DNA from: Marinosulfonomonas sp. | Lineage (GTDB): Bacteria > Pseudomonadota > Alphaproteobacteria > Rhodobacterales > Rhodobacteraceae | DNA: 64,000 bases | Direction: 5' to 3' | NCBI GenBank assembly: GCA_015488685.1 | Contig: WFNH01000034.1 | Span: 15,190-79,189, forward strand | Part shown: positions 1 to 10,416 of the stretch, piece after piece | How the letters are laid out: each line of letters starts with the position of its first letter | How positions within the stretch are numbered: position 1 is the first letter of the stretch | Notes under the pieces: model-generated | Databases searched by the model: none | The model's input: only the letters and a program-made list of their open reading frames with translations | What the model was told of the DNA's origin: nothing | Program-made: the position numbers and the translations under genes

Positions 1-29
1 AATAATGATTATACTGAAAGGACAGATGT

Positions 30-425
30 TTATTCCATGTCCTCAAGCAGTTGCGCGAAATCTGCAACCAGTTTCTCGGCAGCACTTTTGTCCTCGTCAC
101 TGGCTTTTTCGGCCTGCTCGCGGGCAAATGTATATGCGCTTTCCAGATCGGCCTTTTTGACCTCATTACCGGCATGTGCCTGCTCGGCCAAAACCGAAAC
201 ACCTTCGGATGTGATTTCCACGAACCCGCCGGTTACGACGAAATCTGCTGCACCCTCGGGGCCATTCACCTTGACCACGCCGGGGCGCAGGGTGGTGATA
301 ACGGGGGCGTGGTCGGGCAACACTGTCATGTCACCCTCGGCCGCCGGAAGCATAACCTCGGCCGCCTGAAGCGACGCAAGGCTACGTTCAGGCGAAACCA
401 GATCGAATTGCATAGTGTCAGCCAT
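30..425 (-). CDS. atpC: F0F1 ATP synthase subunit epsilon
   Basis: 131-aa ORF directly downstream of atpD, in the canonical atpHAGDC order. Size and helical, acidic C-terminus are typical of epsilon. AAGGAG SD lies 8 nt upstream of ATG 425. Confidence 0.93.
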   Translation of the reverse strand: MADTMQFDLVSPERSLASLQAAEVMLPAAEGDMTVLPDHAPVITTLRPGVVKVNGPEGAADFVVTGGFVEITSEGVSVLAEQAHAGNEVKKADLESAYTFAREQAEKASDEDKSAAEKLVADFAQLLEDME

Positions 426-437
426 TGGCCAAACTCC

Positions 438-1886
<1,449 letters not shown>

Positions 1887-2759
1887 CTAGAGTGCCTCGG
1901 CACCCGAAATAATTTCAATCAGCTCGTTGGTGATTTTCGCCTGACGCGAGCGGTTATACTCGATTGTCAGCTTGTCGATCATATCGCCCGCATTGCGTGT
2001 TGCGTTATCCATTGCCGACATCCGCGCCCCTTGCTCGGATGCGCCATTTTCCAGCAAGGCCGAAAAAATCTGTGTCGCCACACCACGAGGCAGCAAATCC
2101 TTCAGGATCTCATCCTCGCCGGGCTCGTAATCGTAAACCGTGCCTGCTTCGTCGTCGGTTGCCTCGAACGATGCGGGAATGATTTGCTGTTCAGTGGGGT
2201 CTTGAACTGCGACATTGACGAATGTGTTGTAGAAAATCGTTGCTACATCGAATTCGCCATCGTTAAACCGGTCCAGAACATCGCGGGCAATTTCATGCGC
2301 GTTGGCATAGCCAACCCGTTTGATCCCCGACAGATCAACGTGATTAACCATCACATCACTATATTCACGCTTCAACTGGTCACGGCCTTTTTTGCCAACC
2401 GTGATCATTTTCACCGTTTTGCCCGCCGCCTTCAGTTCAGCCGCCTTGGCGCGCGCCATGCGCACGATGGACGAGTTAAACCCGCCACAAAGCCCGCGTT
2501 CACCGGTCATTACGATCAATAGATGCACTTTGTCCGAGCCACTACCAGACAGCAGTATAGGCGCGGATTCAGAACCACCAACAGAGGCCGCCAAACCGCC
2601 CAGAACAGCATTCATGCGTGCTGTATAGGGGCGGCCTTCTTCGGCTGCTTCCTGTGCACGGCGAAGTTTCGCCGCCGCAACCATTTGCATGGCTTTGGTG
2701 ATCTTGCGCGTGTTCTTGACGCTGTCGATCCGGTTTTTTAGGTCCTTAAGATTTGGCAT
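1887..2759 (-). CDS. atpG: F0F1 ATP synthase subunit gamma
   Basis: 290 aa. N-terminus '[36 protein letters not shown]' and C-terminus '[15 protein letters not shown]' are the conserved gamma termini. Lies between atpA and atpD. Confidence 0.96.
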   Translation of the reverse strand: MPNLKDLKNRIDSVKNTRKITKAMQMVAAAKLRRAQEAAEEGRPYTARMNAVLGGLAASVGGSESAPILLSGSGSDKVHLLIVMTGERGLCGGFNSSIVRMARAKAAELKAAGKTVKMITVGKKGRDQLKREYSDVMVNHVDLSGIKRVGYANAHEIARDVLDRFNDGEFDVATIFYNTFVNVAVQDPTEQQIIPASFEATDDEAGTVYDYEPGEDEILKDLLPRGVATQIFSALLENGASEQGARMSAMDNATRNAGDMIDKLTIEYNRSRQAKITNELIEIISGAEAL

Positions 2760-2789
2760 GTACCAATTCCTATCCCTTAAGCCATTAGG

Positions 2790-4325
2790 TTATGCGAAAT
2801 CCGATGCATATGCATCCAGCGCCGCTTTGATCTTGTCTTCAATCTCACCTTTGATCTTGGGATCTTTTTCGGTGATTTCAGCCAGCAGATCGGCGTTTTT
2901 CTGACGCAGGTGGGCCAGCAGACCTTCTTCGAAACGGCCAACGTCTTTTACGTCGACAGCGTCCAGATAGCCTTTGGTGCCTGCATAGATCACGCAAACG
3001 ATTTCGGCGTTGGTCAGCGGCGAATACTGCGGCTGTTTCATCAGCTCGGTCAGACGCGCACCACGGTTAAGCATGGCCTGTGTTGCCGCATCCAGATCGG
3101 AACCGAACTGGGCAAAGGCAGCCATTTCGCGGTACTGGGCCAATTCCAGCTTCACTGGACCGGCGACAGATTTCATCGCGTTCGTCTGGGCCGAGGACCC
3201 AACCCGCGAAACCGACAGACCTGTGTTCACAGCAGGACGGATGCCCTGGTAAAACAGCTCGGTTTCAAGGAAAATCTGGCCATCGGTGATCGAAATCACG
3301 TTGGTCGGAATAAACGCCGAAACGTCGCCGCCCTGTGTTTCGATGATCGGCAGCGCGGTCAGCGAACCCGAGCCATAATCCTCGTTCAGCTTCGAGGAGC
3401 GCTCCAGCAAGCGAGAGTGCAGATAGAAAACGTCACCGGGATAGGCTTCACGTCCAGGCGGACGGCGCAGCAGCAGCGACATTTGACGATAAGAAACGGC
3501 CTGTTTGGACAAATCATCATAAATGATCAGTGCATGGCGGCCGTTGTCGCGGAAATGCTCGGCCATCGCGGTGGCGGCATAGGGGGCCAGAAACTGCAGC
3601 GGTGCAGGGTCGGACGCAGTTGCTGCAACCACGGTTGTATAGTCAATCGCACCGGATTCTTCCAGCTTCTTCACCAGCTGCGCAACGGTCGAACGCTTCT
3701 GGCCAATCGCAACATAGATGCAATACAGCTTGTCGTTTTCGCTTTCGGCAGCATCGTTATACGATTTCTGGTTCAGGATCGTATCCAGCGCAACGGCGGT
3801 TTTGCCTGTCTGGCGGTCGCCAATGATCAGCTCGCGCTGACCACGGCCAATCGGGATCATCGCATCAACCGATTTCAGACCGGTTGCCATCGGCTCGTGA
3901 ACCGATTTCCGCGGGATAATACCGGGGGCCTTGGCATCCGCAATCGCGCGTTTCTTGGTTTTGACCGGGCCTTTGCCGTCAATCGGGTTGCCCAGACCGT
4001 CAACAACACGACCCAGCAGTTCGTCCCCAACAGGAACGTCCACAATCGCCTTGGTCCGCTTGACGGTGTCACCTTCGACGATGTCACGGTCCGACCCGAA
4101 GATAACAACACCCACGTTGTCGGCCTCAAGGTTCAGCGCCATCCCGCGGATACCACCGGGAAATTCAACCATTTCACCCGCCTGGATGTTGTCCAGACCG
4201 TAAACCCGCGCAATACCGTCACCGACGGACAGCACACGGCCTACTTCGGCCACATCGGCCTCTTTCCCAAAGTTTTTGATCTGGTCCTTTAGGATCGCAG
4301 AAATTTCGGCTGCTTGGATGCCCAT
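2790..4325 (-). CDS. atpA: F0F1 ATP synthase subunit alpha
   Basis: 511 aa. Walker A 'GDRQTGKT', '[17 protein letters not shown]'-type motif ('[45 protein letters not shown]'). The ATG overlaps the atpH stop (TAATG). Confidence 0.97.
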   Translation of the reverse strand: MGIQAAEISAILKDQIKNFGKEADVAEVGRVLSVGDGIARVYGLDNIQAGEMVEFPGGIRGMALNLEADNVGVVIFGSDRDIVEGDTVKRTKAIVDVPVGDELLGRVVDGLGNPIDGKGPVKTKKRAIADAKAPGIIPRKSVHEPMATGLKSVDAMIPIGRGQRELIIGDRQTGKTAVALDTILNQKSYNDAAESENDKLYCIYVAIGQKRSTVAQLVKKLEESGAIDYTTVVAATASDPAPLQFLAPYAATAMAEHFRDNGRHALIIYDDLSKQAVSYRQMSLLLRRPPGREAYPGDVFYLHSRLLERSSKLNEDYGSGSLTALPIIETQGGDVSAFIPTNVISITDGQIFLETELFYQGIRPAVNTGLSVSRVGSSAQTNAMKSVAGPVKLELAQYREMAAFAQFGSDLDAATQAMLNRGARLTELMKQPQYSPLTNAEIVCVIYAGTKGYLDAVDVKDVGRFEEGLLAHLRQKNADLLAEITEKDPKIKGEIEDKIKAALDAYASDFA

Positions 4326-4885
4326 TATCCGACCTCTTTCATTGCATTCTGGAGGTTACCGAGCTTGGATTTGATCGACGTGTCGATCATCTTCGAGCCC
4401 ACTTTAACGATTAAACCGCCGATGAGTGATTCATCGACGGAAGGATTGATAATAACGTCCTTGCCCACGCTGGCTTTCAGCGTTTTGGCAAGCTTGTCAC
4501 TCTGTGCTTTGGTCAGTTTCTTGGCAGAAACGACCTCGGCTGTCACTTCGCCCTTTTCGTCGGCAATCAGCTTGCGCAGGTTTTCCACCAGTTGCGGCAG
4601 AACGAAAAGGCGGCGGTTGCCGGCCATCAGGCCCAGCGTGTTTTTCACGATGGGCGAGAGTTTCATTTTGGTTGCAATCGCGGCGATGGCCTTACCCTGC
4701 TGTTCGCGGGTATAGATCGGCGAATTGATCAACGCCGTCAGCTCGTCGCTTGCGGCAAGGGCGGCATCAAGGGAATTCACATCCCCTTCAAGCGCTTTCA
4801 GTTTCTTGCCGTCCTTGGCCAGATCAAAAAGTGCCGTCGCATAACGCGCGGCGATGCCGGATGAGATAGAAGCTGGTTCAGACAC
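4325..4885 (-). CDS. atpH: F0F1 ATP synthase subunit delta (OSCP)
   Basis: First gene of the F1 operon. '[17 protein letters not shown]' is the typical delta N-terminus. I place the start at GTG 4885 (186 aa), preceded by GGAAGGG. The track ORF extends to 5032 with a non-homologous-looking leader. Confidence 0.85.
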   Translation of the reverse strand: MSEPASISSGIAARYATALFDLAKDGKKLKALEGDVNSLDAALAASDELTALINSPIYTREQQGKAIAAIATKMKLSPIVKNTLGLMAGNRRLFVLPQLVENLRKLIADEKGEVTAEVVSAKKLTKAQSDKLAKTLKASVGKDVIINPSVDESLIGGLIVKVGSKMIDTSIKSKLGNLQNAMKEVG

Positions 4886-5393
4886 GTCCGCCCTTCCACT
4901 GTCAAAACGTCCCCTTATTATTTTGTGATGATTCTTCACAAGGGACAGCCAAGGCACATACGAACGCATGCGCCGAATTTCGTGCAGGGTGTAGCAGAGG
5001 TGTTTTGTTGTCGCAACAGTGGATGCGTGCAAAAGTTAAACTCAATCCCCAGTAAAATTAGGGATTTAGCCGATATGCGTCACAATGTGGCGAAAAAATA
5101 TGTTCGGATCGGGGAAATTCAAGGGGGGAATGGGCGAATCTTTCGGGGATTTGGGCGCCGCAAACGAGGAAATCCTGCTCCACCCGCACCCGAACATGCG
5201 TATCAGTCACAAGGCGGGCGATCCGGTCGAGAGGGTAGTGGCTTCATCGCCCGTGAAATCGGCTATCCTGCCGAGCCTTTCGAGCTTCTGCCTAGGGCTT
5301 GTTGACCTTCCCCACCTCTGCCTGCGTCACCCCGCACCAGTCCGACCGGATGAGTATCCCCAGTTGGGATCATAATACCGCGCGTTCCGGTAA

Positions 5394-5820
5394 TTACAGG
5401 CGGGCGTCCGCATCGAACCACTTGCAAATAAACTCTTTGGTCTCGGGCGGGATTATACTGATCGCGAACCCCATCACTTCACCAATGGGGGCGATAGGTG
5501 GTTTGGCCTCGACCTTTTCAAAGGTGCGTCCTTGAACTCTCGCGTCTGATCCGCTTTTCCTCTTGCTTGGCCTCACTTGGATCAGCTCCCGCCGCAACCG
5601 CTGCACGGGTGGAATCACGGGCTTGTCTGGCTTGGGCAAGGCTGGTCGCGGGATATACGCCAATCGGCAACAACTTTTCCTTGCCATCCAGACGATATTT
5701 GAAGCGCCGCAGCTTCGATCCACCGGGGTTAACGGCAATATACAGCCCATCAAAAACCGCAACTTTGTAAGTTTTGAGTTTCGGTTTCAGATTCCGAATC
5801 TTTACATCACTCAGTGTCAT
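5394..5820 (-). pseudogene. Truncated/frameshifted P4-family tyrosine integrase (N-terminal arm-binding domain only)
   Basis: ORF 5518-5820 encodes 'LSDVKIRNLKPKLKTYKVAVFDGLYIAVNPGGSKLRRFKYRLDGKEKLLPIGVYPATSLAQARQ', the DUF4102-type integrase N-terminus. The frame breaks after about 100 codons. A short continuation ('TFEKVE') exists only in another frame. No catalytic R..HxxR..Y core. It lies 163 nt from the 3' end of the tRNA. Confidence 0.6.
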
Positions 5821-5983
5821 GCTGGGGGTATCGTGTTTTTTGGGTTTTCAGAACACCCCCAATAATACCCCAATCTGGGAGTATTTCGCTGGACGGCATA
5901 AAATCAGTCTGGACAATTTTTTCATATATAGCCTTATATACAAGGCTGAAACGGATGTTACTGGACTTTATAATACGGTGAAA

Positions 5984-6059
5984 TGGTGCCCCCACACGGA
6001 CTCGAACCGCGGACCTACTGATTACAAATCAGTTGCTCTACCAGCTGAGCTATAGGGGC
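5984..6059 (-). tRNA. tRNA-Thr (anticodon UGU)
   Basis: Hand-folded 76-nt cloverleaf. Acceptor GCCCCUA/UGGGGGC, D arm GCUC-AGCUGGUA-GAGC, anticodon stem ACUGA/UCAGU with loop UU-UGU-AA, T arm CGCGG-UUCGAGU-CCGUG, discriminator A and encoded CCA. Confidence 0.9.
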
Positions 6060-6131
6060 ACTCGGGGTGATTTACGCGCTGGAAACCGCTCTTGCAAGCC
6101 CGAAAATCGGGAAAATCCATCAAACGAAAAC

Positions 6132-7796
6132 CTATGTCCCCCTGTTGCCCCGCGCCAACAGTAAAACCGCCAGCATCCCGACACCGATCACCAGCAAAGC
6201 CGCTGGCGAGGCCTCGCCTATGTTTTCAAGCGAGGCTTGCTCGTAGACCAGTGTCGATAGCGTGTTGTAGTTGAACGGGCGCAACAGCAATGTGGCGGGC
6301 AGTTCCTTGACGCTGTCCACAAACACCAGCAACAGCGCCGTCATCAGCGAGCTGCGGATCAGCGGGGCGTAAACCGTGAGCAATGTGCCACCGGCCGAGC
6401 GGCCCAAAGACCGCGCGGCCATCGGCAGGCTGGGTGAAATCCGCCCCATGGCCCCATCCGCCGCGCCTTGGGCAATCGCGAAAAACCGCACCGAATAGGC
6501 AAAAACAATGGCAAATCCGGTGCCGGTCAGCACCAGCCCGATGTCCGCACCGGTTGCCCATTCGACGAAATCCGCCAGCCTGTTGTCAACGGCTGCCAGC
6601 GGGATCAGGATGCCAACCGCCAGCACAGCCCCGGGGGCGGCATAGCCGATGGTGGTGAATGGCATCACCAGACGCGGCAGGCGGCGACCGGTCAGGCGCA
6701 CGCCATAAACCAGAAATACCGCCGCCGTGACTGTGACCAAAGCTGCCCCACCGCCTACGCTGATCGTGTTCCACAAGGCACGTCCAAGCGCCGGATTTGA
6801 CCAATATTCGGTATTGCGTAGTGCGTGCGACAGCATAACCCCGACGGGCAACACAAAGCCCCCCAGAAACGGCAGGGTGCAAAACAGGGTGGCCAGCCAA
6901 CCGCGCGCGCCCTTCAACGGGATTTGCACGATCGGACGCTTATGCCTCGCGCCCTCAAAGAAGCGCTGGTTGCGGCGACTGGTTTTCTCCAGCCCCACCA
7001 GCAACAGCACTAGCAACAACACAACCCCCGCGATCTGGGCCGCGCCGCCGGCGTTGTTGGCCTCGAGCCAAGTGGTGAAGATGCCGGTGGTCAGGGTTTG
7101 CACGGCGAAAAATTCAACCGTGCCAAAATCGCTGACTGTTTCCATCATCACAATCGCCATGCCAGCGGCAATCGCAGGGCGCACCAGCGGCAGGCCCACC
7201 CGCCAGAACCGTTTCCACGGACCGGCGCCCAGCGCGCGCGCCACTTCGTAAGTATTGCCCGATTGCTCGCGAAAGGCGCTGCGGGTCAGCAGATAGACGT
7301 AAGGGTAAAGCGCCAGCGTCATCACAAGGATCGCCGCACCGCGCGACCGGATTTCGGGAAACCAGTAGTCCCGCGACGTGGACCAGCCGAACACCCCCCG
7401 CAGCCATGTTTGCACCGGCCCCGCGTATTCCAGAAAATCGACCAGCGCATAGGCCCCGACATAGGCCGGAATGGCCAGCGGGAACAGCAACAGCCATTCC
7501 AGCCAGCGCGCGCCCGGAAACCGATACATCGCCACAAGCCACGCCGCGCCAACCCCAATCAGCGCCGACAGCACGCCGACCGACAGCATCATCACCAGCG
7601 AATTCACCAGATAACGCGGCAGGGTTGTGGCCAGCAGATGCGGCCAGATGTTTTCGGCCGGATGGAAGGCAATCCAGACCACCGAGGCAATCGGCATCAT
7701 CACCAACGCCGCAATCAGCAACGCACCAGCCGACCATAGATCGGGGCGCCAGATCGGCTTGCGCGCAAGCATTGCTTGAGTGTTTTTCTCGGTCAT
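6132..7796 (-). CDS. ABC transporter permease, fused two-domain Fe(3+)/thiamine-type (FbpB/ThiP-like)
   Basis: 554 aa and highly hydrophobic, with two tandem permease halves. Each half carries an EAA-like loop ('YEVARALGAGPWKRFWRVGLPLVRPA' and 'MAARSLGRSAGGTLLTVYAPLIRSS'). No adjacent ATPase or binding-protein gene. Confidence 0.85.
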   Translation of the reverse strand: MTEKNTQAMLARKPIWRPDLWSAGALLIAALVMMPIASVVWIAFHPAENIWPHLLATTLPRYLVNSLVMMLSVGVLSALIGVGAAWLVAMYRFPGARWLEWLLLFPLAIPAYVGAYALVDFLEYAGPVQTWLRGVFGWSTSRDYWFPEIRSRGAAILVMTLALYPYVYLLTRSAFREQSGNTYEVARALGAGPWKRFWRVGLPLVRPAIAAGMAIVMMETVSDFGTVEFFAVQTLTTGIFTTWLEANNAGGAAQIAGVVLLLVLLLVGLEKTSRRNQRFFEGARHKRPIVQIPLKGARGWLATLFCTLPFLGGFVLPVGVMLSHALRNTEYWSNPALGRALWNTISVGGGAALVTVTAAVFLVYGVRLTGRRLPRLVMPFTTIGYAAPGAVLAVGILIPLAAVDNRLADFVEWATGADIGLVLTGTGFAIVFAYSVRFFAIAQGAADGAMGRISPSLPMAARSLGRSAGGTLLTVYAPLIRSSLMTALLLVFVDSVKELPATLLLRPFNYNTLSTLVYEQASLENIGEASPAALLVIGVGMLAVLLLARGNRGT

Positions 7797-7879
7797 TTTG
7801 CAAGGGGTAGAGGAAACCGCTGTATCTGTCCAGATTTCCCCGTATACTATGTTGTGAATTAAGAAAGCAGGATGGTGTT

Positions 7880-8755
7880 ATGCAGGTAATCTTTCATCTA
7901 GGGGCCCATTGTACGGGCGAGGACCGACTGCTCAAATCTCTTTTGAAAAACCGGGAAATGCTGAACCCGCAGGGCATTATCGTGCCCGGACCCAGCCGAT
8001 ACCGGCGACTAATTCGTCAAACGCTACGCGGGCTGGATGGTGCCCAGCCAACTATAGATGAACAACAGGCCCTGCTTGCACAAATCACCGATGAATTGAC
8101 GGTCAAACGCCTTATCCTTTCTGCTGCCGATTTTCTGGCTTTCGTTCCATGGATTTTCCGGCATCATATCCTATATGGAAAAGCACCCGAAGTTACTGCG
8201 GCTCTCGGCAAGTTATTCACTGACGCAAAAATAGAATTTCATTTAGCAATCAGAAATCCAGCCACATTTATACCTGCAGTTTTTGGGAACACGACCGGTT
8301 TGACCCTGGAAAAATTTCTGTATGGGATCGACCCGCGCAGTATAAAATGGTCCGACTTAATCAACCAGATCCGTATGGCTAACCCGCAAGCCCGTATTGT
8401 CGTTTGGCGAAGTGAAGACTGCCCCACCATATGGTCACGGGTCATGCATAGTCTTACCGGAACGGCAGAAGCAATTCCGCTTCAGGGTGAAACAGATATA
8501 CTCGCCGAACAAATGACCTCGGAAGGGCTTGAATTATACCAAACATATCTTTCTGCCAACCCGCCTAAATCAGCAACACATAAGCAACTAATTATAAATA
8601 CTTTTCTAGAAAAATTTACGCTGCCTATGCCGTCTCCTACCGAAGGAATCCCGGCCGGTTGGACCGAAGAAACGGTTGCGCGCTTAACTGACCAATATGA
8701 GGACGACCTAGCCCAGATTGCTAGAATCCCTACAGTTAAATTGTTAACCCCATGA
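7880..8755 (+). CDS. Hypothetical protein (weak sulfotransferase-fold-like motifs)
   Basis: 291-aa ORF with ATG start and clean coding periodicity. 'IFHLGAHCTGED' near the N-terminus and 'LAIRNPATFIPAVF' loosely resemble the 5'-PSB and 3'-PB motifs of sulfotransferases. AT-richer than its flanks. The stop overlaps the next ATG (ATGA). Confidence 0.65.
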   Translation: MQVIFHLGAHCTGEDRLLKSLLKNREMLNPQGIIVPGPSRYRRLIRQTLRGLDGAQPTIDEQQALLAQITDELTVKRLILSAADFLAFVPWIFRHHILYGKAPEVTAALGKLFTDAKIEFHLAIRNPATFIPAVFGNTTGLTLEKFLYGIDPRSIKWSDLINQIRMANPQARIVVWRSEDCPTIWSRVMHSLTGTAEAIPLQGETDILAEQMTSEGLELYQTYLSANPPKSATHKQLIINTFLEKFTLPMPSPTEGIPAGWTEETVARLTDQYEDDLAQIARIPTVKLLTP

Positions 8756-9198
8756 ACAAACGCAACACTCCTTCCATGCCTGACACACCCTTTTGGAATG
8801 CTTATCAAGGACAGTTTTTCGGGCTATTGAACTGGCCCGAGGTCGATGCCTTCTGGAACCACATGTCTGAAACATCCGGCAACTGGTTTGTATTCGATCC
8901 CGAACAACCTGCCCCTGACACCGCTGCAAACAGCGCGGAACTGGCAGAAACGCTGGCCTCGGCCCAAACCCTAATCAACAGCCGTCGCGACATGTCGCAT
9001 TGCGGCGCGGTCTACGTTGACGATCTGGAAGATCCGACCTTTATCAAGGTATTCGACCATGCCGCAATGGGATCATCCTGCAACATATCCGGTATCCCGA
9101 TCCTGCCACGCTGGATCTTCAGCCGGATCGGGCCAGACGACATGCCACCAGAACCGATAAAACCGTCATTATTCAAACGGATTACAGGCCGTGGCTAG
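8752..9198 (+). CDS. Hypothetical protein
   Basis: 148-aa ORF, translationally coupled (ATGA) to the preceding gene. I recognise no domain. Trp/Phe-rich N-terminal part. Confidence 0.6.
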   Translation: MNKRNTPSMPDTPFWNAYQGQFFGLLNWPEVDAFWNHMSETSGNWFVFDPEQPAPDTAANSAELAETLASAQTLINSRRDMSHCGAVYVDDLEDPTFIKVFDHAAMGSSCNISGIPILPRWIFSRIGPDDMPPEPIKPSLFKRITGRG

Positions 9199-9455
9199 CT
9201 CATTCCCAGCGCTTCTTTATACATGTCCAGAACCGCCTCTTCCTCGGCGATGTCCTGAGCGTCGCGTTTGCGCAACGCGATCAGTTTGCGCATAACCTTG
9301 GTGTCATAGCCGCGCCCCTTAGCCTCAGCCATCACCTCTTTTTGCGCTTCGGCAATGTCTTTCTTCTCGGCGTCCAGACGCTCGATGCGCTCAATAAACT
9401 GGCGCAATTCGTCGGCGGTTACGCGGTAGCTGGTATCGGAAGAGGTCTCGTTCAT
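9195..9455 (-). CDS. gapR: Nucleoid-associated protein GapR (UPF0335/DUF2312)
   Basis: 86 aa from ATG 9455. '[63 protein letters not shown]' matches the Caulobacter GapR/DUF2312 pattern almost position for position. The track ORF is N-terminally extended. Confidence 0.88.
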   Translation of the reverse strand: MNETSSDTSYRVTADELRQFIERIERLDAEKKDIAEAQKEVMAEAKGRGYDTKVMRKLIALRKRDAQDIAEEEAVLDMYKEALGMS

Positions 9456-9570
9456 CACATATGCCCTTTGCTTGACTGGACCCTTCCCTAATACCCCAGC
9501 CCTGCGCGTGCAAGGGCTTGCCCAAGGCAAATTGATCGGTTAGCGGTGGGAAAACACTGAAAGGCGCAAT

Positions 9571-9786
9571 ATGGACATTCTTATCTGGGCAGGTGCGGTG
9601 GTTTCCCTGATCGGGCTGGTCGGTATTTTTTATTGCATCATGCTGGCCTTGAAAGCCAAACGCGCCAAATTGCCGGACGAAGATATGCGCGCCCGCCTGC
9701 AACGCATTGTGCTGCTGAATATGGCCGCATTGTTTCTGTCGATGGTCGGGCTAATGATGGTCGTGGCCGGAATTCTTCTGGACTAG
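9571..9786 (+). CDS. Small membrane protein (2 TM)
   Basis: 71 aa. ATG preceded by GAAAGG. Two clear hydrophobic helices separated by a basic loop ('KAKRAKLPDEDMRARLQR'). Confidence 0.55.
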   Translation: MDILIWAGAVVSLIGLVGIFYCIMLALKAKRAKLPDEDMRARLQRIVLLNMAALFLSMVGLMMVVAGILLD

Positions 9787-9977
9787 GCCTTGTCTTCGGG
9801 CGGCTCTTCCAATGCCTGTTCCAATGCCAGAATATCCTTTGGCACCGGTAGACCCAGCCCTCTGAGCTCGGCAATCTTTTCACGCAGTTGCTCTTGCAAA
9901 ACATGCGCGTCTTCAGGTCGCTTCGCGATCTCGTCCATCAACATCGCGATGCCCGCCTTAAGTTCTTCAAATGCCAT
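9783..9977 (-). CDS. Small acidic helical protein, hypothetical
   Basis: 64 aa from ATG 9977 (GAGG 8 nt upstream): 'MAFEELKAGIAMLMDEIAKRPEDAHVLQEQLREKIAELRGLGLPVP'. Lies 32 nt downstream of the DksA/TraR gene. Confidence 0.5.
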   Translation of the reverse strand: MAFEELKAGIAMLMDEIAKRPEDAHVLQEQLREKIAELRGLGLPVPKDILALEQALEEPPEDKA

Positions 9978-10009
9978 TAGGTAACCTCGCGCGTTAGGGT
10001 TTAATATAT

Positions 10010-10336
10010 TTATGTATGCTTTGCCGCACATTTTGCGCAAAACGGGGTATAAGGCAGGATATCCAGCCGCTCCTCGGTTATCTTGTCACCACATTCAGCG
10101 CAATAGCCGTATTCGCCATCATCCATACGTTGCAATGCGGCCTTGATCATACGGACTTCGGCTTGCGCGGACAAGCCCATCCCCTCCAGAACCTCGTCTT
10201 CCTCACGCTCGACAGCCAGTTCTTCCCAGTCCTGTGTGCTGTGTGAATCCAGCTCCTCGTCAATCTGTATCATTCGCGCATCCAGCTCTTGCAGACGGGC
10301 CTCAAGGGCGGCGCGGCGTTTCGAAAGGTCTGCCAT
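10010..10336 (-). CDS. DksA/TraR family C4-type zinc-finger protein
   Basis: 108 aa. N-terminal coiled coil plus C-terminal 'CAECGDKITEERLDILPYTPFCAKCA' (CxxC-N17-CxxC). Strong GAAGGAGA SD. Confidence 0.87.
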   Translation of the reverse strand: MADLSKRRAALEARLQELDARMIQIDEELDSHSTQDWEELAVEREEDEVLEGMGLSAQAEVRMIKAALQRMDDGEYGYCAECGDKITEERLDILPYTPFCAKCAAKHT

Positions 10337-10416
10337 TGTCAGTTCTCCTTCTCGTTGCAGCTATGGTAGGCGCAAAATAGTCAAAGCTGCCTTGATACAA
10401 GTCAAAACCCGCAATA

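Noticed and set aside
2910-4292. 460-aa plus-strand ORF.
   Set aside because: Antisense shadow of atpA.
4886-5032. N-terminal 49-codon extension of atpH in the track ORF.
   Set aside because: The extension ('[21 protein letters not shown]..') is unlike delta subunits. A GTG with a GGAAGGG SD at 4885 gives the canonical 186-aa protein.
5085-5375. 96-aa plus-strand ORF (and overlapping small ORFs) in the integrase-scar region.
   Set aside because: No motif, no SD, and it overlaps decayed integrase-like fragments on the other strand. Probably non-coding remnant DNA.
5984-6059. Alternative reading of the tRNA anticodon as GUA (Tyr).
   Set aside because: With the 5-bp stem ACUGA/UCAGU the 7-nt loop is UUUGUAA. 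That places U33 and A37 correctly and gives anticodon UGU (Thr). A GUA reading would break the loop geometry, and the tRNA has no long variable arm as tRNA-Tyr would.
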